Below, in pieces: positions 54,897-64,000 of a stretch of 64,000 bases of DNA. The DNA is from Gemmatimonadales bacterium (lineage in GTDB: Bacteria; Gemmatimonadota; Gemmatimonadetes; Gemmatimonadales; GWC2-71-9), in the NCBI GenBank assembly GCA_038250675.1, contig JBBSCB010000001.1:20877-84876 (forward strand), given 5' to 3'. Each line of letters starts with the position of its first letter. Position 1 is the stretch's first letter. The position numbers were made by a program, and so were the translations under genes. The notes beneath the pieces are model-generated. The model saw only the letters and a program-made list of their open reading frames with translations, searched no databases and was not told the origin of the DNA.

Positions 54897-55908
54897 CGCC
54901 GACGGCTCGTTCGCGCGTTACGTCGTGCGGGTCCCGATCGTGCCGCATGCCGACGTAGCGCGGGTGCCGCAGCAGGCCGCCCGCCGTCCATTCGGAAAAT
55001 CCCACCTGCGCCACCAGCGCCGGCATCACCCAGTGCACCTCCGCCCCGGACGGCACCACGCCGCCGAACGGCGTGGTCCGCCGCCCGAGCTGCTCGAGCG
55101 CCTCGTGCAGCAGCAGCAGCGTCGCCCGGTCGAAGCCGGTCCCCACCTTCCCCGCGTAGCGCAGCACGCCGCCCTCGTAGTATCCCACCAGCAGCGCACC
55201 GAATCCGGGGCGGCCGCCCCGCGGAGTCGTGTAGCCGCCGATGACAAACTCCTGCTCATCGACGCACTTGACCTTGACCCAGTCGGTCGAACGCGCGCCG
55301 ATGTAGGGTCCGGTGGCGCGCTTGGCGATGATCCCCTCCGCGCCGCGCCGGCACGCCTCCCGGTACATCTCGGCGGACCCGCTCGTACGGTACGGCGTGA
55401 ACCTCACCTCCTCGCCGTACCATACGATGTCGCGGAGCACCGCCTTGCGATCGCCCAGGCCGAGCGATGTCAGGTCCACGCCCTCGTAGAACAGGCAGTC
55501 GAACAGGTATAGCGCGACCGGCACGCCTGACCGACGCGCCATCGCGGCGTTCCGGATCCCCATGCGCTGCTGCAGCAGGGAGAAACTGGAGAGCCCCGTC
55601 GCCGGGTCCAGCGCCACCACCTCGCCGTCCAGCACCGCGTCGCCGCGCACGCACGTCGTGAGCGCGTCGACCAGCTCCGGGTAGGCCGCGTCGAGCGGCT
55701 TGCGGTTGCGGGAGTAGAGGCGCACCACGCCGTCGGCCACGAAGACGAGACAGCGGACGCCGTCGAGCTTCGGCTCATAGATCCAGCCGTCACCGCGCGG
55801 CAGGCCGTCGCCCGCCGACGCGAGCATCGGCGGCATCCAGACGGGCTGGCTGCGCCGGCGCAGCCGCGACTGCGCCGCGCCAGGCAGGAGCCGCAGCACG
55901 CGGCTCAT
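54889..55908 (-). CDS. ligD: ATP-dependent DNA ligase (LigD ligase domain, stand-alone)
   Basis: Adenylation motif I is YEPKLDGVR. Later motifs are EGIIAKR and WVKVK, followed by an OB-fold tail. The start ATG 55908 overlaps the upstream stop (ATGA). Confidence 0.88.
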   Translation of the reverse strand: MSRVLRLLPGAAQSRLRRRSQPVWMPPMLASAGDGLPRGDGWIYEPKLDGVRCLVFVADGVVRLYSRNRKPLDAAYPELVDALTTCVRGDAVLDGEVVALDPATGLSSFSLLQQRMGIRNAAMARRSGVPVALYLFDCLFYEGVDLTSLGLGDRKAVLRDIVWYGEEVRFTPYRTSGSAEMYREACRRGAEGIIAKRATGPYIGARSTDWVKVKCVDEQEFVIGGYTTPRGGRPGFGALLVGYYEGGVLRYAGKVGTGFDRATLLLLHEALEQLGRRTTPFGGVVPSGAEVHWVMPALVAQVGFSEWTAGGLLRHPRYVGMRHDRDPHDVTRERAVGVT

Positions 55909-56951
55909 CCGGCGCTCGCAATCACGGCGGCCAGGTCGCCCTTGGCGGCAAGAATGCCGGACCACGGATCCGGACGCGACTCGAGTACGCCGGGTGCCGT
56001 AGTGATGGTAAAGTCGGTGGGGTACGCCGTCAGCAGCTCATCCCATGTCAGCGGCATCGACACCGTGGCCAGCGGATGACGCCGCGGCGAATACGCGGCC
56101 GCCAGCGACTTGCCGCGCACATTCTGGTTGTAGTCGAAGAAAATCTTTCCCCGCCGCCGGCTCACGGCCCACTCGAGCGTCACGTCACGCGGGTGGCGCG
56201 AATGCAGGTGCCGGCCGATCGTCTCGGCCATGCCGCGCACCTCGGCGAACGTGTACTTCCGGCGGATCGGCAGGTACAGGTGCAACCCGGTCCGCCCCGA
56301 CGTCTTGACGAACGCCTCGAGGCCGAGCGAACCGGCGATCTCGCGCAGGTCGAGCGCGAGACGTCGCGCGCGCTTGAACGCGGGCCGGTACAGCTCCGGC
56401 TCCGCGCCTTCCGCCTCCCGACCCGAGTACTGGTACGGATCGAGATCGAACACCATGAAATCGGGATAATTCAGGCGCGAACGATCCAGCGCCGACGCTG
56501 ATGCCCCGTACGTCGTGCCCAGCGTCCGCCCATCCCGCCCCGGCGTGGTGCTGGAAAACCAGACGTGCAGCTCCAGCGCCGCCTGCTGCCCCAGCCAGAG
56601 GAGCGTCGCGAGGTTGGCGCAGAGGAGATAGTCGCGGGGCCCGTCGTTGTCGCTCGACCAGATGGAAATCGTCCGCACAAATTCGGGCGGATTGTCCCAT
56701 ACCTTCTGATAGAAACTCTTGCCGGCGATGCCGTTGGGATAGCGGGTGACGAACACCGGCCGCCGCGCCAGGTGCGGCAGGAGAGCCGGCGAGACGCGCG
56801 CCAGGTACATCAGCAGATCGCGCTTGGTCTGTCCCGGCCAGAGCTGCTTGGACAGGTTGGTCACCGGCAGCTCGTGCCCATCGACCTTCAGCGTGAGGGC
56901 GCCGCGCGCTCCATGGAGCTGTGACAGGACCGATCGCACCGCCGCGCGCAT
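55905..56951 (-). CDS. ligD: LigD polymerase/primase (AEP) domain protein, stand-alone
   Basis: AEP motifs are present: MVFDLDP, KTSGRTGLHLYLP and FFDYNQN. N-terminus is LKVDGHELPVTNLSKQLWPG. The start overlaps the ku stop (TAATG). Confidence 0.88.
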   Translation of the reverse strand: MRAAVRSVLSQLHGARGALTLKVDGHELPVTNLSKQLWPGQTKRDLLMYLARVSPALLPHLARRPVFVTRYPNGIAGKSFYQKVWDNPPEFVRTISIWSSDNDGPRDYLLCANLATLLWLGQQAALELHVWFSSTTPGRDGRTLGTTYGASASALDRSRLNYPDFMVFDLDPYQYSGREAEGAEPELYRPAFKRARRLALDLREIAGSLGLEAFVKTSGRTGLHLYLPIRRKYTFAEVRGMAETIGRHLHSRHPRDVTLEWAVSRRRGKIFFDYNQNVRGKSLAAAYSPRRHPLATVSMPLTWDELLTAYPTDFTITTAPGVLESRPDPWSGILAAKGDLAAVIASAG

Positions 56952-57796
56952 TATCCCGCCTTGCGCCCGTGCCGGGTCGAGCGTGCCGGCGCCGAGCGGC
57001 TCGCGGCCGCCCGCTGGCGGGTGCGGCCGCCCTTCCTGGCGGCGGCCACGCTCTTCTTCAGCGCTTCCGCCAGATCGATCACCTTGGCATCGCGTGCCGG
57101 CGGGGCCTTCACGACTTCCTTGCCCTCGAGCTTGGCCTCAATCAGCTCACTCAGCGCTTCGCGGTAGTGATCGTGATACTCCTCGGGATCGAAGGGCTTC
57201 CGCAGCAGGTCGATGAGCGTGAAGGCCATGTCCAGTTCCTTTTCCGTCACTTTCACCGACCCGACGTCCACGCCGCGCTCCATCGTCACCTCATCCGGAT
57301 AAAACAGCGTCTCGAGAATGATCGTCCCCTCGCGCGGCCGGATGGCGCAGAGCTGCTCCTTCTTGCGGATCGTGATGGTCGCCAGCGCCGTGAGGTGCTT
57401 CTTCTCGAGCGCGCGGACCAGCAGCGCATACGGCTTCTGTCCCTTGGCCTCCGGTTCCAGGTAATAGCTCCGCTCGTAGAAGACCGGGTCGATCTCGGCC
57501 TCTTCCACGAATGCGCTCAACTCGATCGTGTGCTTGCTGGGGAGCGGAAGCTGCTCAAAATCCTCGTCGGTCAGCGTGACGTATTCACCCTTGGCGTATT
57601 CATAGCCCCGGACAGTCCCGCTCCACGGGACCTCGACCTCGTCGGTGGGACACCAGCGCCGCTGTTGGAGCCGGGTACCGCAGGTGGAGTGCAGCAGATG
57701 GAAACTGATGTCCCGGCTCTGGGTCGCCGAATACAGCTTGACCGGGATGCTGACCATGCCGAAGCTGATCATGCCGCTCCACATCGCTCGGGCCAT
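56951..57796 (-). CDS. ku: Ku protein (NHEJ DNA-end binding)
   Basis: ATG 57796 is preceded by GGAGGA. N-terminus is MARAMWSGMISFGMVSIPVKLYSAT. The Ku core is followed by a basic C-terminal tail. Confidence 0.92.
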   Translation of the reverse strand: MARAMWSGMISFGMVSIPVKLYSATQSRDISFHLLHSTCGTRLQQRRWCPTDEVEVPWSGTVRGYEYAKGEYVTLTDEDFEQLPLPSKHTIELSAFVEEAEIDPVFYERSYYLEPEAKGQKPYALLVRALEKKHLTALATITIRKKEQLCAIRPREGTIILETLFYPDEVTMERGVDVGSVKVTEKELDMAFTLIDLLRKPFDPEEYHDHYREALSELIEAKLEGKEVVKAPPARDAKVIDLAEALKKSVAAARKGGRTRQRAAASRSAPARSTRHGRKAG

Positions 57797-58062
57797 CGTG
57801 GTTCCTCCGATCATGGTGTCTCGATGGTGGTATCTCTGTGGAAACTGTGCGGTCATGCGGCACCGATGTCCGGTGTCCCGGCATCCGCGCCGCAGGCTTT
57901 TCCACGCCCGTGCGCCGCTTGCCCACAGCAACCCCACACGTTCTCCACAGTGTTATCAACACAAGGCGTTATCGGACAACAACTTACGCACATGAGTATG
58001 GGGGCGGGCCCGGCGGGAATCTGTGGGATGAATCACATGGCATCCGGACAGGCGCGGACACG

Positions 58063-58096
58063 AGAAAGGGCGGGCCCACAGGGGCCCGCCCTTTCT
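58063..58096 (-). terminator. hairpin terminator downstream of the S41 protease gene (symmetrical, potentially bidirectional)
   Basis: AGAAAGGGCGGGCCC-ACAG-GGGCCCGCCCTTTCT forms perfect 15-bp arms. The GC core is flanked by an A-tract and a T-tract. It lies 20 nt after stop 58117. Confidence 0.6.
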
Positions 58097-58116
58097 GCAG
58101 CTGGTGTGCCGGCGGT

Positions 58117-59694
58117 TCAGCCGCCCTTGCGCTCGACCGCGGCCGCAAAGAGCGCCGGCTGACTGTGCGCGTTCTTCAGCAGCTCGAGCGCGCGCTGGAG
58201 CTGTGCGTCGACGCGGGCGTTGCGGCGGAAGGCGCTGGAGTCACCGAACGCGAGGCTGGCGACCTGCTGCTCCAGGAGCCGGTCCACCAGCGGCTCGGCG
58301 GCATCGAACTGGGCGCGCGTGACCGGCGCGCCCACCTTTCCGAGCCGCTGGTAGAAATCCTCGCGCCACGCGGGCGTCACGGTGAAATCGCTGCGCACCT
58401 GGCGCTTGAGACTGACGGCCAAATCAAACAGCGCCCGGTAGCTCTCACGCGACTTGGGCGCGAGAGCCCGGAGAAACGCCTGCTCGGGCGTCGTGATCGT
58501 GTCCGACGGAATGATCACATCCGGCGTGATTCCGCCGCCGCCGTAGACCACGCGTCCGGCATCGGACTTGTACGCGGGCCGCATGCGGCGGGCGGAGTCG
58601 GTCTCCAGTGAGTCGGGCTGCACCACGACGAGCTGGCCGTTCTGGATGACGCGCTCACGCTGGATGCTGCGTCCGCTGGGCGTATACCACTTGGCGGTCG
58701 TCAGCTTGAGCGCCCAGCCCTGATGCAGCGGGTAGATGCTCTGCATGACGCCCTTGCCGAACGAGGTCGTGCCGACGACGAGCGCCCGGTCGTGGTCCTG
58801 CAGCGCGCCGGCGACGATCTCCGAGGCCGAGGCCGCACCACCGTCCACCATCACGACGAGGGGCTCGGTGATGTGAATGCCGCGGTCCTCGGTGGTGCGC
58901 ACTTCAGCCGGACGGTCGCGATAGCGGACCGACACGATCTCCTGGCCGGCATGGAGAAACAGGTTGCTGATCGCCACCGACTCCTCGACGCTGCCGCCGG
59001 GGTTGCCGCGAAGATCCAGCACGAACGAATGGGCGCCGGCGGCGCGGAGATGCGCCACCGCCGCCAGGACATCCGATGCCGAGGCCTCGTTGAACCGCTG
59101 GAGCGGCACGTAGCCTACGCCGTTGTCCAGCATCAGCGCGTAGGGCACCGCCGGCACGTGGATTACCGCGCGACTGAAGCGGCGCGAGAGCGGCGCATCC
59201 ACGCCCGAGCGCCCGAAGGTCACGTTGACCGGCGTGCCCGCCCGGCCCACCAGGCGGGCGGACACCGAGTCGATCTTGAGGCCGGTGACGGAATCGCCCT
59301 CGACGGTGAGGATCCGGTCGCCCGGCTGGACGCCGCCGCCCGCGGCGGGTGAGCCGGGAAAGACCGCGGCCACCACGATGATGCCAAGCTGATCCTGGAT
59401 CTGCATGCCCACGCCGGCGTAGTCGTTGCGCAGCGTGTTGCGCGAGAAGCTGGCCAGCTGCTCGGGCGAATACAGTTCGGCGTAGGGATCGTTGAGCTTG
59501 TCCACCAGCCCGCGGGCCGCATTCTCGTAGATCTGGTCGTCGGAAAGGGAATCCACCGCCCCATGGGCCACCCGGGCGCGGACTTCATCAAAGAGCAGCT
59601 GGCCGTCCACCGCCGCGTGCGAGCGGAACGCCACGCCCGCGAGGACGGGCACGAGCGCCAGCGGGGCGAGGATCCAGAGAAACTTGTTGCGCAT
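58117..59694 (-). CDS. S41-family C-terminal processing peptidase (Ctp/Prc-like) with PDZ domain
   Basis: ATG 59694 with signal anchor. PDZ region is GIIVVAAVFPGSPAAGGGVQPGDRILTVEG. The catalytic Ser sits in DGGAASASEI and the Lys in TTSFGKGVMQ. Confidence 0.9.
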   Translation of the reverse strand: MRNKFLWILAPLALVPVLAGVAFRSHAAVDGQLLFDEVRARVAHGAVDSLSDDQIYENAARGLVDKLNDPYAELYSPEQLASFSRNTLRNDYAGVGMQIQDQLGIIVVAAVFPGSPAAGGGVQPGDRILTVEGDSVTGLKIDSVSARLVGRAGTPVNVTFGRSGVDAPLSRRFSRAVIHVPAVPYALMLDNGVGYVPLQRFNEASASDVLAAVAHLRAAGAHSFVLDLRGNPGGSVEESVAISNLFLHAGQEIVSVRYRDRPAEVRTTEDRGIHITEPLVVMVDGGAASASEIVAGALQDHDRALVVGTTSFGKGVMQSIYPLHQGWALKLTTAKWYTPSGRSIQRERVIQNGQLVVVQPDSLETDSARRMRPAYKSDAGRVVYGGGGITPDVIIPSDTITTPEQAFLRALAPKSRESYRALFDLAVSLKRQVRSDFTVTPAWREDFYQRLGKVGAPVTRAQFDAAEPLVDRLLEQQVASLAFGDSSAFRRNARVDAQLQRALELLKNAHSQPALFAAAVERKGG

Positions 59695-59715
59695 GAGATA
59701 CCCGGCAATAGGATA

Positions 59716-59751
59716 GGAAAACGGGAGCCGCAGATCCTCTCTACGGCTCCC
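59716..59751 (-). terminator. rho-independent terminator of glnN
   Basis: On the minus strand, GGGAGCCGTAGA-GAGGA-TCTGCGGCTCCC forms a 12-bp stem with one G-U pair. It is followed by GTTTTCC and lies about 60 nt after the glnN stop. Confidence 0.6.
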
Positions 59752-59812
59752 GGAGACTAGTGGATTCACCCGGCGGATGTCAGCCCGGTGGGACGTTCAG
59801 CTGGGAAACGGC

Positions 59813-61963
59813 CTACTTCAGAAACAGCAGCTCCCGATAGGTGGGCAGAGGCCAGACTTCGGCCGCAATCGTCGTTTCCAGGGTGTCCACCACCGCCCGC
59901 AGCGCCGTCATGGCTGGGCGCACGTCGCTTCCCATGTGGGCGGCGTGCCGCATTGGATCGCTGTGCTCCACGCCGCACACCCGCTCGAGCGCCGTCGTGG
60001 CGCGACGGAGCCGCGTCACGAGATCCACCAGCTCCTGCAGCGAATCGCGGGTGTCGGGACAGTCCACGCCGGCGGCCTCGGTGGCGGCCACCGCCTCCGC
60101 CACCATCGCCTGGTGCTGCAGCGCAGCCGGAAGGATGTAGCCCCGGGCCATGGAGACCATCGTCTCCGCCTCAATAGTGAGCTGCTTGGTGTACTTCTCC
60201 ACCGCGATGTGCATCCGGCTCTCGAGCTCGGTGCGGCTGAGCACGCCGTACTTCCGGAAGAGGTCCAGGTTCTTGCGCGCCTTCATCACCTGAAAGGCGC
60301 TGACCGAATCGGGGATCACCGGCAACCCGCGCCGTGCCGCCTCGCTGTGCCATTCCGGCGTGTAGTTGTCACCGTCGAAGATCACGCGCTTGTGCTGCTT
60401 GATGGTGCGCTTGAGCACGGCGAGCACGCCGCGCTGCAGGCGGGCCGGGCTGGGACGCGCGCCCACCGCCTTTTCCAGCTCGGTCGCCAGCGCGTCGAGC
60501 GATTCGGCGACGATCGTATTCAACACCGTGTTGGGCCAGGCGATGCTGGCGCTGGACCCCACGGCGCGGAACTCGAACTTGTTGCCGGTGAAGGCAAAGG
60601 GCGACGTCCGGTTGCGATCGCCCGAGTGCCGGGGCAGCTGGGGCAGCGAGCGGGCGCCGAGATCCAGGGTGCCGCCCCGGATCGTGCGCTTGGGCAATCC
60701 CTTTTCCACCTGGCCCAGAATGTCCGAGAGCATGCTGCCCAGGAAGATCGAGATGATGGCCGGCGGCGCCTCGTTGGCGCCGAGCCGGTGCTCATTGGCG
60801 GCCGAGGTGATGGACGAGCGCAGGAGGTCGGCGTGGAGATCCACGGCGCGGATCACGGCGCAGAGGAAGACCAGGAACTGCATGTTGGTATGCGTTTCGT
60901 CCTGCGGATCGAGCAGGTTGACGCCGGTATCAGTGGCCATCGACCAGTTGTTGTGCTTGCCCGATCCGTTGACGCCGGCAAACGGCTTCTCGTGCAGCAG
61001 TGCCTGGAGCCCGTAGCGCGGTGCCACCCGCTTGATCGTCTCCATCAGCACCATCTGATGGTCGCTCGCGATATGGCTGGTCTCGAACAGCGGCGCGATT
61101 TCGTACTGACCCGGCGCTACCTCGTTATGGCGGGTCTTGACCGGCACACCCACCCGGTAGAGCTCCCGCTCCACCTCGGACATGAACGCCAGCACCCGCG
61201 GCGGAATGGTGCCGAAGTAGTGATCCTCGAGCTGCTGTCCCTTGGGCGGCTTGGCGCCGAACAGCGTGCGCTCGCAGGTGAGCAGGTCGGGCCGCTGATA
61301 GAAGAGCTCCCGATCCACCAGGAAGTATTCCTGCTCGGGGCCGACGGTAGTCTGCACCCGGCCCACGCCGGCGTCGGTGCCGAAGATCCTGAGTACGCGG
61401 AGCGCCTGGGTGGACAGCGCTTCCATCGAGCGGAGCAGCGGAATCTTGGTGTCGAGCGCCTCGCCGGTCCACGACACGAATGCCGTGGGAATGCAGAGCG
61501 TGACGTTGTTCTCGCCCCGCATCAGGAAGGCCGGGCTGGTGGGGTCCCAGGCGGTGTAGCCCCGGGCCTCGAAGGTGGCCCGGAGCCCGCCGCTGGGGAA
61601 GCTGGACGCATCGGGCTCGCCCTGCACCAGATCGGCGCCCGAGAAGTTGAACATCACGCCGCCGGCGCCGTCGGGCGAAATCAGCGAGTCGTGTTTTTCC
61701 GCCGTGAGCCCAGTGAGCGGCTGGAACCAGTGCGTGAAATGCGTGGCCCCGTTCTCGATGGCCCAGTCCTTCATGGTCGCGGCCACGACCGACGCCACCT
61801 GGGGATCGAGCCGCTCGCCCTGCTCCACCGTCTGCATCAGACTCTTGAAGATGTCTTTCGGCAGCCGCTGGCGCATAAGCCGGCGGGAAAAGACGTCGAT
61901 GCCGAAAATGCTGTCGATCCGGCCGGGAACCGGGCCGGGGGCGGAATCAGCGGCGTGCGTCAC
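59813..61963 (-). CDS. glnN: glutamine synthetase type III
   Basis: 716 aa with a GTG start. The GSIII-specific N-terminus is [23 protein letters not shown]...[12 protein letters not shown]. The GS catalytic region includes [10 protein letters not shown]. Confidence 0.93.
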   Translation of the reverse strand: MTHAADSAPGPVPGRIDSIFGIDVFSRRLMRQRLPKDIFKSLMQTVEQGERLDPQVASVVAATMKDWAIENGATHFTHWFQPLTGLTAEKHDSLISPDGAGGVMFNFSGADLVQGEPDASSFPSGGLRATFEARGYTAWDPTSPAFLMRGENNVTLCIPTAFVSWTGEALDTKIPLLRSMEALSTQALRVLRIFGTDAGVGRVQTTVGPEQEYFLVDRELFYQRPDLLTCERTLFGAKPPKGQQLEDHYFGTIPPRVLAFMSEVERELYRVGVPVKTRHNEVAPGQYEIAPLFETSHIASDHQMVLMETIKRVAPRYGLQALLHEKPFAGVNGSGKHNNWSMATDTGVNLLDPQDETHTNMQFLVFLCAVIRAVDLHADLLRSSITSAANEHRLGANEAPPAIISIFLGSMLSDILGQVEKGLPKRTIRGGTLDLGARSLPQLPRHSGDRNRTSPFAFTGNKFEFRAVGSSASIAWPNTVLNTIVAESLDALATELEKAVGARPSPARLQRGVLAVLKRTIKQHKRVIFDGDNYTPEWHSEAARRGLPVIPDSVSAFQVMKARKNLDLFRKYGVLSRTELESRMHIAVEKYTKQLTIEAETMVSMARGYILPAALQHQAMVAEAVAATEAAGVDCPDTRDSLQELVDLVTRLRRATTALERVCGVEHSDPMRHAAHMGSDVRPAMTALRAVVDTLETTIAAEVWPLPTYRELLFLK

Positions 61964-62008
61964 GGGAGCGGACCTCGAGCTGAAAGTGGGGCTGCCAGGA
62001 ATGGCGGG

Positions 62009-62037
62009 AATCTAGCGATGGTGCAGAGGAAATGCAA
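62009..62037 (-). promoter_or_regulatory. candidate sigma70 promoter of glnN (TTGCAT-N17-TAGATT)
   Basis: On the minus strand, TTGCAT lies at 62037-62032 and TAGATT at 62014-62009, about 45 nt upstream of GTG 61963. It sits inside a markedly AT-rich spacer. Confidence 0.35.
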
Positions 62038-62147
62038 TTCACGCAAAAATGTCACCAGTTTGAGTAGAAATTTACGACCACAGCCTAAATGCCAGTCATG
62101 AAATTGCAGAAAATGCAGGAAATGGTGTGCACGCTTGCAAAAGGTTA

Positions 62148-63707
62148 TCAGATCACAACTTCCGCTGGATCCCGTCGTTCTTCCATCGCCCGCTCGGCCC
62201 GGAGGTTCTGCCGGTCCCGGACGAACGCGCCGTCCGCGCCAACCACCGCGACCGTCACGGTGGCCAGCGTGCGCCCGGCAGCACGATAGTGGAGCAGCGC
62301 ATCCCGCCGGTCGAGATCGCCCGCGACGATCACTTCGTCCCAGCTCTCAGCGTGACCGCTGTACGTGATCCCGAGCTCGAAGTGGACGCTCCAGAAGAAC
62401 GGCACGGCGTCGAACGGCGCGCGCGCGCCGAGGATGTTGCGGGCTGCGGCCTGACCCTGCCGCTCGGCCACCACCCAGTGCTCGACTCTGATGCGCTGCC
62501 CGCTGTGCGGGTCCGGCCAGCGCGCGATGTCGCCGGCCGCATAGATGCACGGGTCGCTGGTCTGGAGAAATTCGTTGACCGCTACGCCGTGGTCCTCCGC
62601 CAGCCCGGCCGCGCGAGCCAGCGCCATCCGCGGCGTGACGCCGACACCCACCACCACAAGGTCGGCCTCCAGTTCGGTGCCGTCCTCCAGGGTCACGCAG
62701 CCGGCGGCGATCGCTGCCGGCTTGTGGCCCAGGTGGAACACGACACCGTGGCGTTCGTGCTCGCGCTGCACCACTGCGCCCAGCTCCGGCCCGACCAGCC
62801 GGCCAAGCGGAACCTCGTCCGGCGCGACGACGTGCACCTCGAGCCCGCGAGCCCGGAGCGACGCCGCGACCTCGAGCCCGATGAACCCCGCCCCGATCAC
62901 CACGGCGCGGCGCTGCCCGGCCGCGGCGCGGATCAGCGCGCGGCTGTCCGCCAGCGAACGCAGATAGTGCACCGGTCCCGCTGTCGGCATGGTGAGATGT
63001 ACCGGCTCGGCACCGGTCGCAAGCAGCAGGGCGTCGTATGGCAGTGCGCGGCCGCCATCCAGCATCACCTGCCGGGCCGAGCGGTCGATCCGTTCCGCGG
63101 CGGAGCGGACGATGTCGATCCTGTGCTCAGCGTAGAACTCGGGCGGATGGAGGGGGATCCATTCCTCCGGCGCGTTGCCCGCGAGATAGTCCTTGGAAAG
63201 ATTGGGCCGGTCGCAGGGTGCATCGGCGTCGGGGTCGATCATCGTGATGGAACCATCGTACCCCTCGCGGCGCAGCATTTCGGCGGCGGCGTTGCCCGCC
63301 GCACCGCCGCCCACAATCACCACGCGGCGCGGCGCGTCTGACTGCATTGCCGGCGGAGGCGGAGGCGCGACGACACCGTCGACGTGGATCATTCCGTCAC
63401 GCCGCGCCACGCGGTAGCAGGCGACGTCGTTCAGCGCCGGCCCGCGAAGCGCACGGCCGGTCCGGAGATCGAAGCAGGCGTGATGCCAGGGACAGCGGAC
63501 GGTGTCGCCCACCATGATCCCCTCAGCCAGCGGGCCGCCGTAGTGCGAGCAGGTGGCCCCGATGGCAAACCACGTATCGCCCCGGCGCGCCAGCAGCACC
63601 GGCTCCCGGCCGACGCGGCCCGCCAGCATGCCGCCGGCTTCCAGCGCCGAGGCCGCGATCCCCGCCGCCAGATCCGGCCCGGGAGGAAGCTCAGTCTGTT
63701 CGCTCAT
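62148..63707 (-). CDS. Rieske [2Fe-2S] domain fused to FAD/NAD(P)-dependent pyridine nucleotide-disulfide oxidoreductase
   Basis: Rieske motifs are CSHYGGPL and CPWHHACF. Dinucleotide folds are VVIVGGGAAGNAAA and AVVIGAGFIGLEVA. Also present is AAGDIARW. Confidence 0.9.
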   Translation of the reverse strand: MSEQTELPPGPDLAAGIAASALEAGGMLAGRVGREPVLLARRGDTWFAIGATCSHYGGPLAEGIMVGDTVRCPWHHACFDLRTGRALRGPALNDVACYRVARRDGMIHVDGVVAPPPPPAMQSDAPRRVVIVGGGAAGNAAAEMLRREGYDGSITMIDPDADAPCDRPNLSKDYLAGNAPEEWIPLHPPEFYAEHRIDIVRSAAERIDRSARQVMLDGGRALPYDALLLATGAEPVHLTMPTAGPVHYLRSLADSRALIRAAAGQRRAVVIGAGFIGLEVAASLRARGLEVHVVAPDEVPLGRLVGPELGAVVQREHERHGVVFHLGHKPAAIAAGCVTLEDGTELEADLVVVGVGVTPRMALARAAGLAEDHGVAVNEFLQTSDPCIYAAGDIARWPDPHSGQRIRVEHWVVAERQGQAAARNILGARAPFDAVPFFWSVHFELGITYSGHAESWDEVIVAGDLDRRDALLHYRAAGRTLATVTVAVVGADGAFVRDRQNLRAERAMEERRDPAEVVI

Positions 63708-63743
63708 GTTCGCCCTCTCATTCGTCGGTGCCCGGGCGCGGCG

Positions 63744-64000
63744 TCACGCCCGGGTCGCCGGTATGTGTACCATATGCGCGACCAGCGGTGGGTGGTCGCC
63801 CCGATGGAACTGCCGCGCCTTGAGCTCAATGCGCTTGTCGGCCATGGTCGCGCGGGCGTGCTGGCGCATGTGCTCGCCCCAGGACTCCGCGGCAAACGTC
63901 TCCACGTAGCGCTCCGGATCCGCGGTATCGCGGTAGAGACCCCACGTGAGCGCGCCGTCGCGGCGCCGAAGGCGGGAAACGTCCTGCATGGCGGCGGCAA
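63744..64000 (-). CDS. hypothetical protein, C-terminal fragment (probably continues beyond window)
   Basis: The frame is open to the window edge, with no stop upstream of ATG 63989. GC3 is high. I cannot place the sequence ...WGLYRDTADPERYVETFAAESWGEHMRQHARATMADK securely in a family. Confidence 0.4.
   Translation of the reverse strand, partial: AAAMQDVSRLRRRDGALTWGLYRDTADPERYVETFAAESWGEHMRQHARATMADKRIELKARQFHRGDHPPLVAHMVHIPATRA

Noticed and set aside
61964-62147. Sigma-54 promoter for glnN (TGGCAT at about 62088 and TGGCAG at about 61995 on the minus strand)
   Set aside because: Neither GG element is followed at the canonical spacing by the conserved TGC(-12) element. The sequences read CTGT and TTTC instead. 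I kept only a sigma70-like candidate.

Overview
A very GC-rich, tightly packed bacterial chromosomal segment. The gene content suggests Gemmatimonadota, which is inference only: many Hanks kinases fused to PD40/TolB propellers, GSIII, and split LigD/Ku. No search tools were run, so product calls rest on motifs read from the ORF translations. I support about 60 coding regions. Most other ORFs in the six-frame track are Arg/Pro/Gly-rich antisense shadows. Recognisable modules, in order:
- M1, M28 and SGNH hydrolases, with two decayed gene relics (PEP-mutase-like and GNAT).
- A set of small envelope proteins.
- A translationally coupled operon of three Ser/Thr kinases and a PP2C phosphatase.
- An XRE / ImmA-like / Smr cassette with a palindromic operator.
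- A TetR-controlled MFP-RND-OMF efflux system.
- An internally deleted IS481-like element sitting in a CTAG that both convergent neighbours use as a stop codon.
- A long minus-strand array: kinase, esterase, ICMT, DctA, rhomboid, RraA, 2x M55 peptidase, ALDH.
- A SahR-like regulator plus ahcY.
- An APC permease.
- A GNAT plus C-N hydrolase pair.
- An M16 peptidase pair.
- A ku / ligD-pol / ligD-lig NHEJ operon.
- An S41 protease, GSIII (glnN) and a Rieske-FAD oxidoreductase.

No rRNA, tRNA or CRISPR array was seen. The best candidate for an undescribed system is the XRE / pseudo-ImmA / Smr triad at 18.1-19.9 kb. Secondary leads are the 560-bp AT-richer spacer at 50.9-51.5 kb (possible sRNA or leader) and the IS481 relic.
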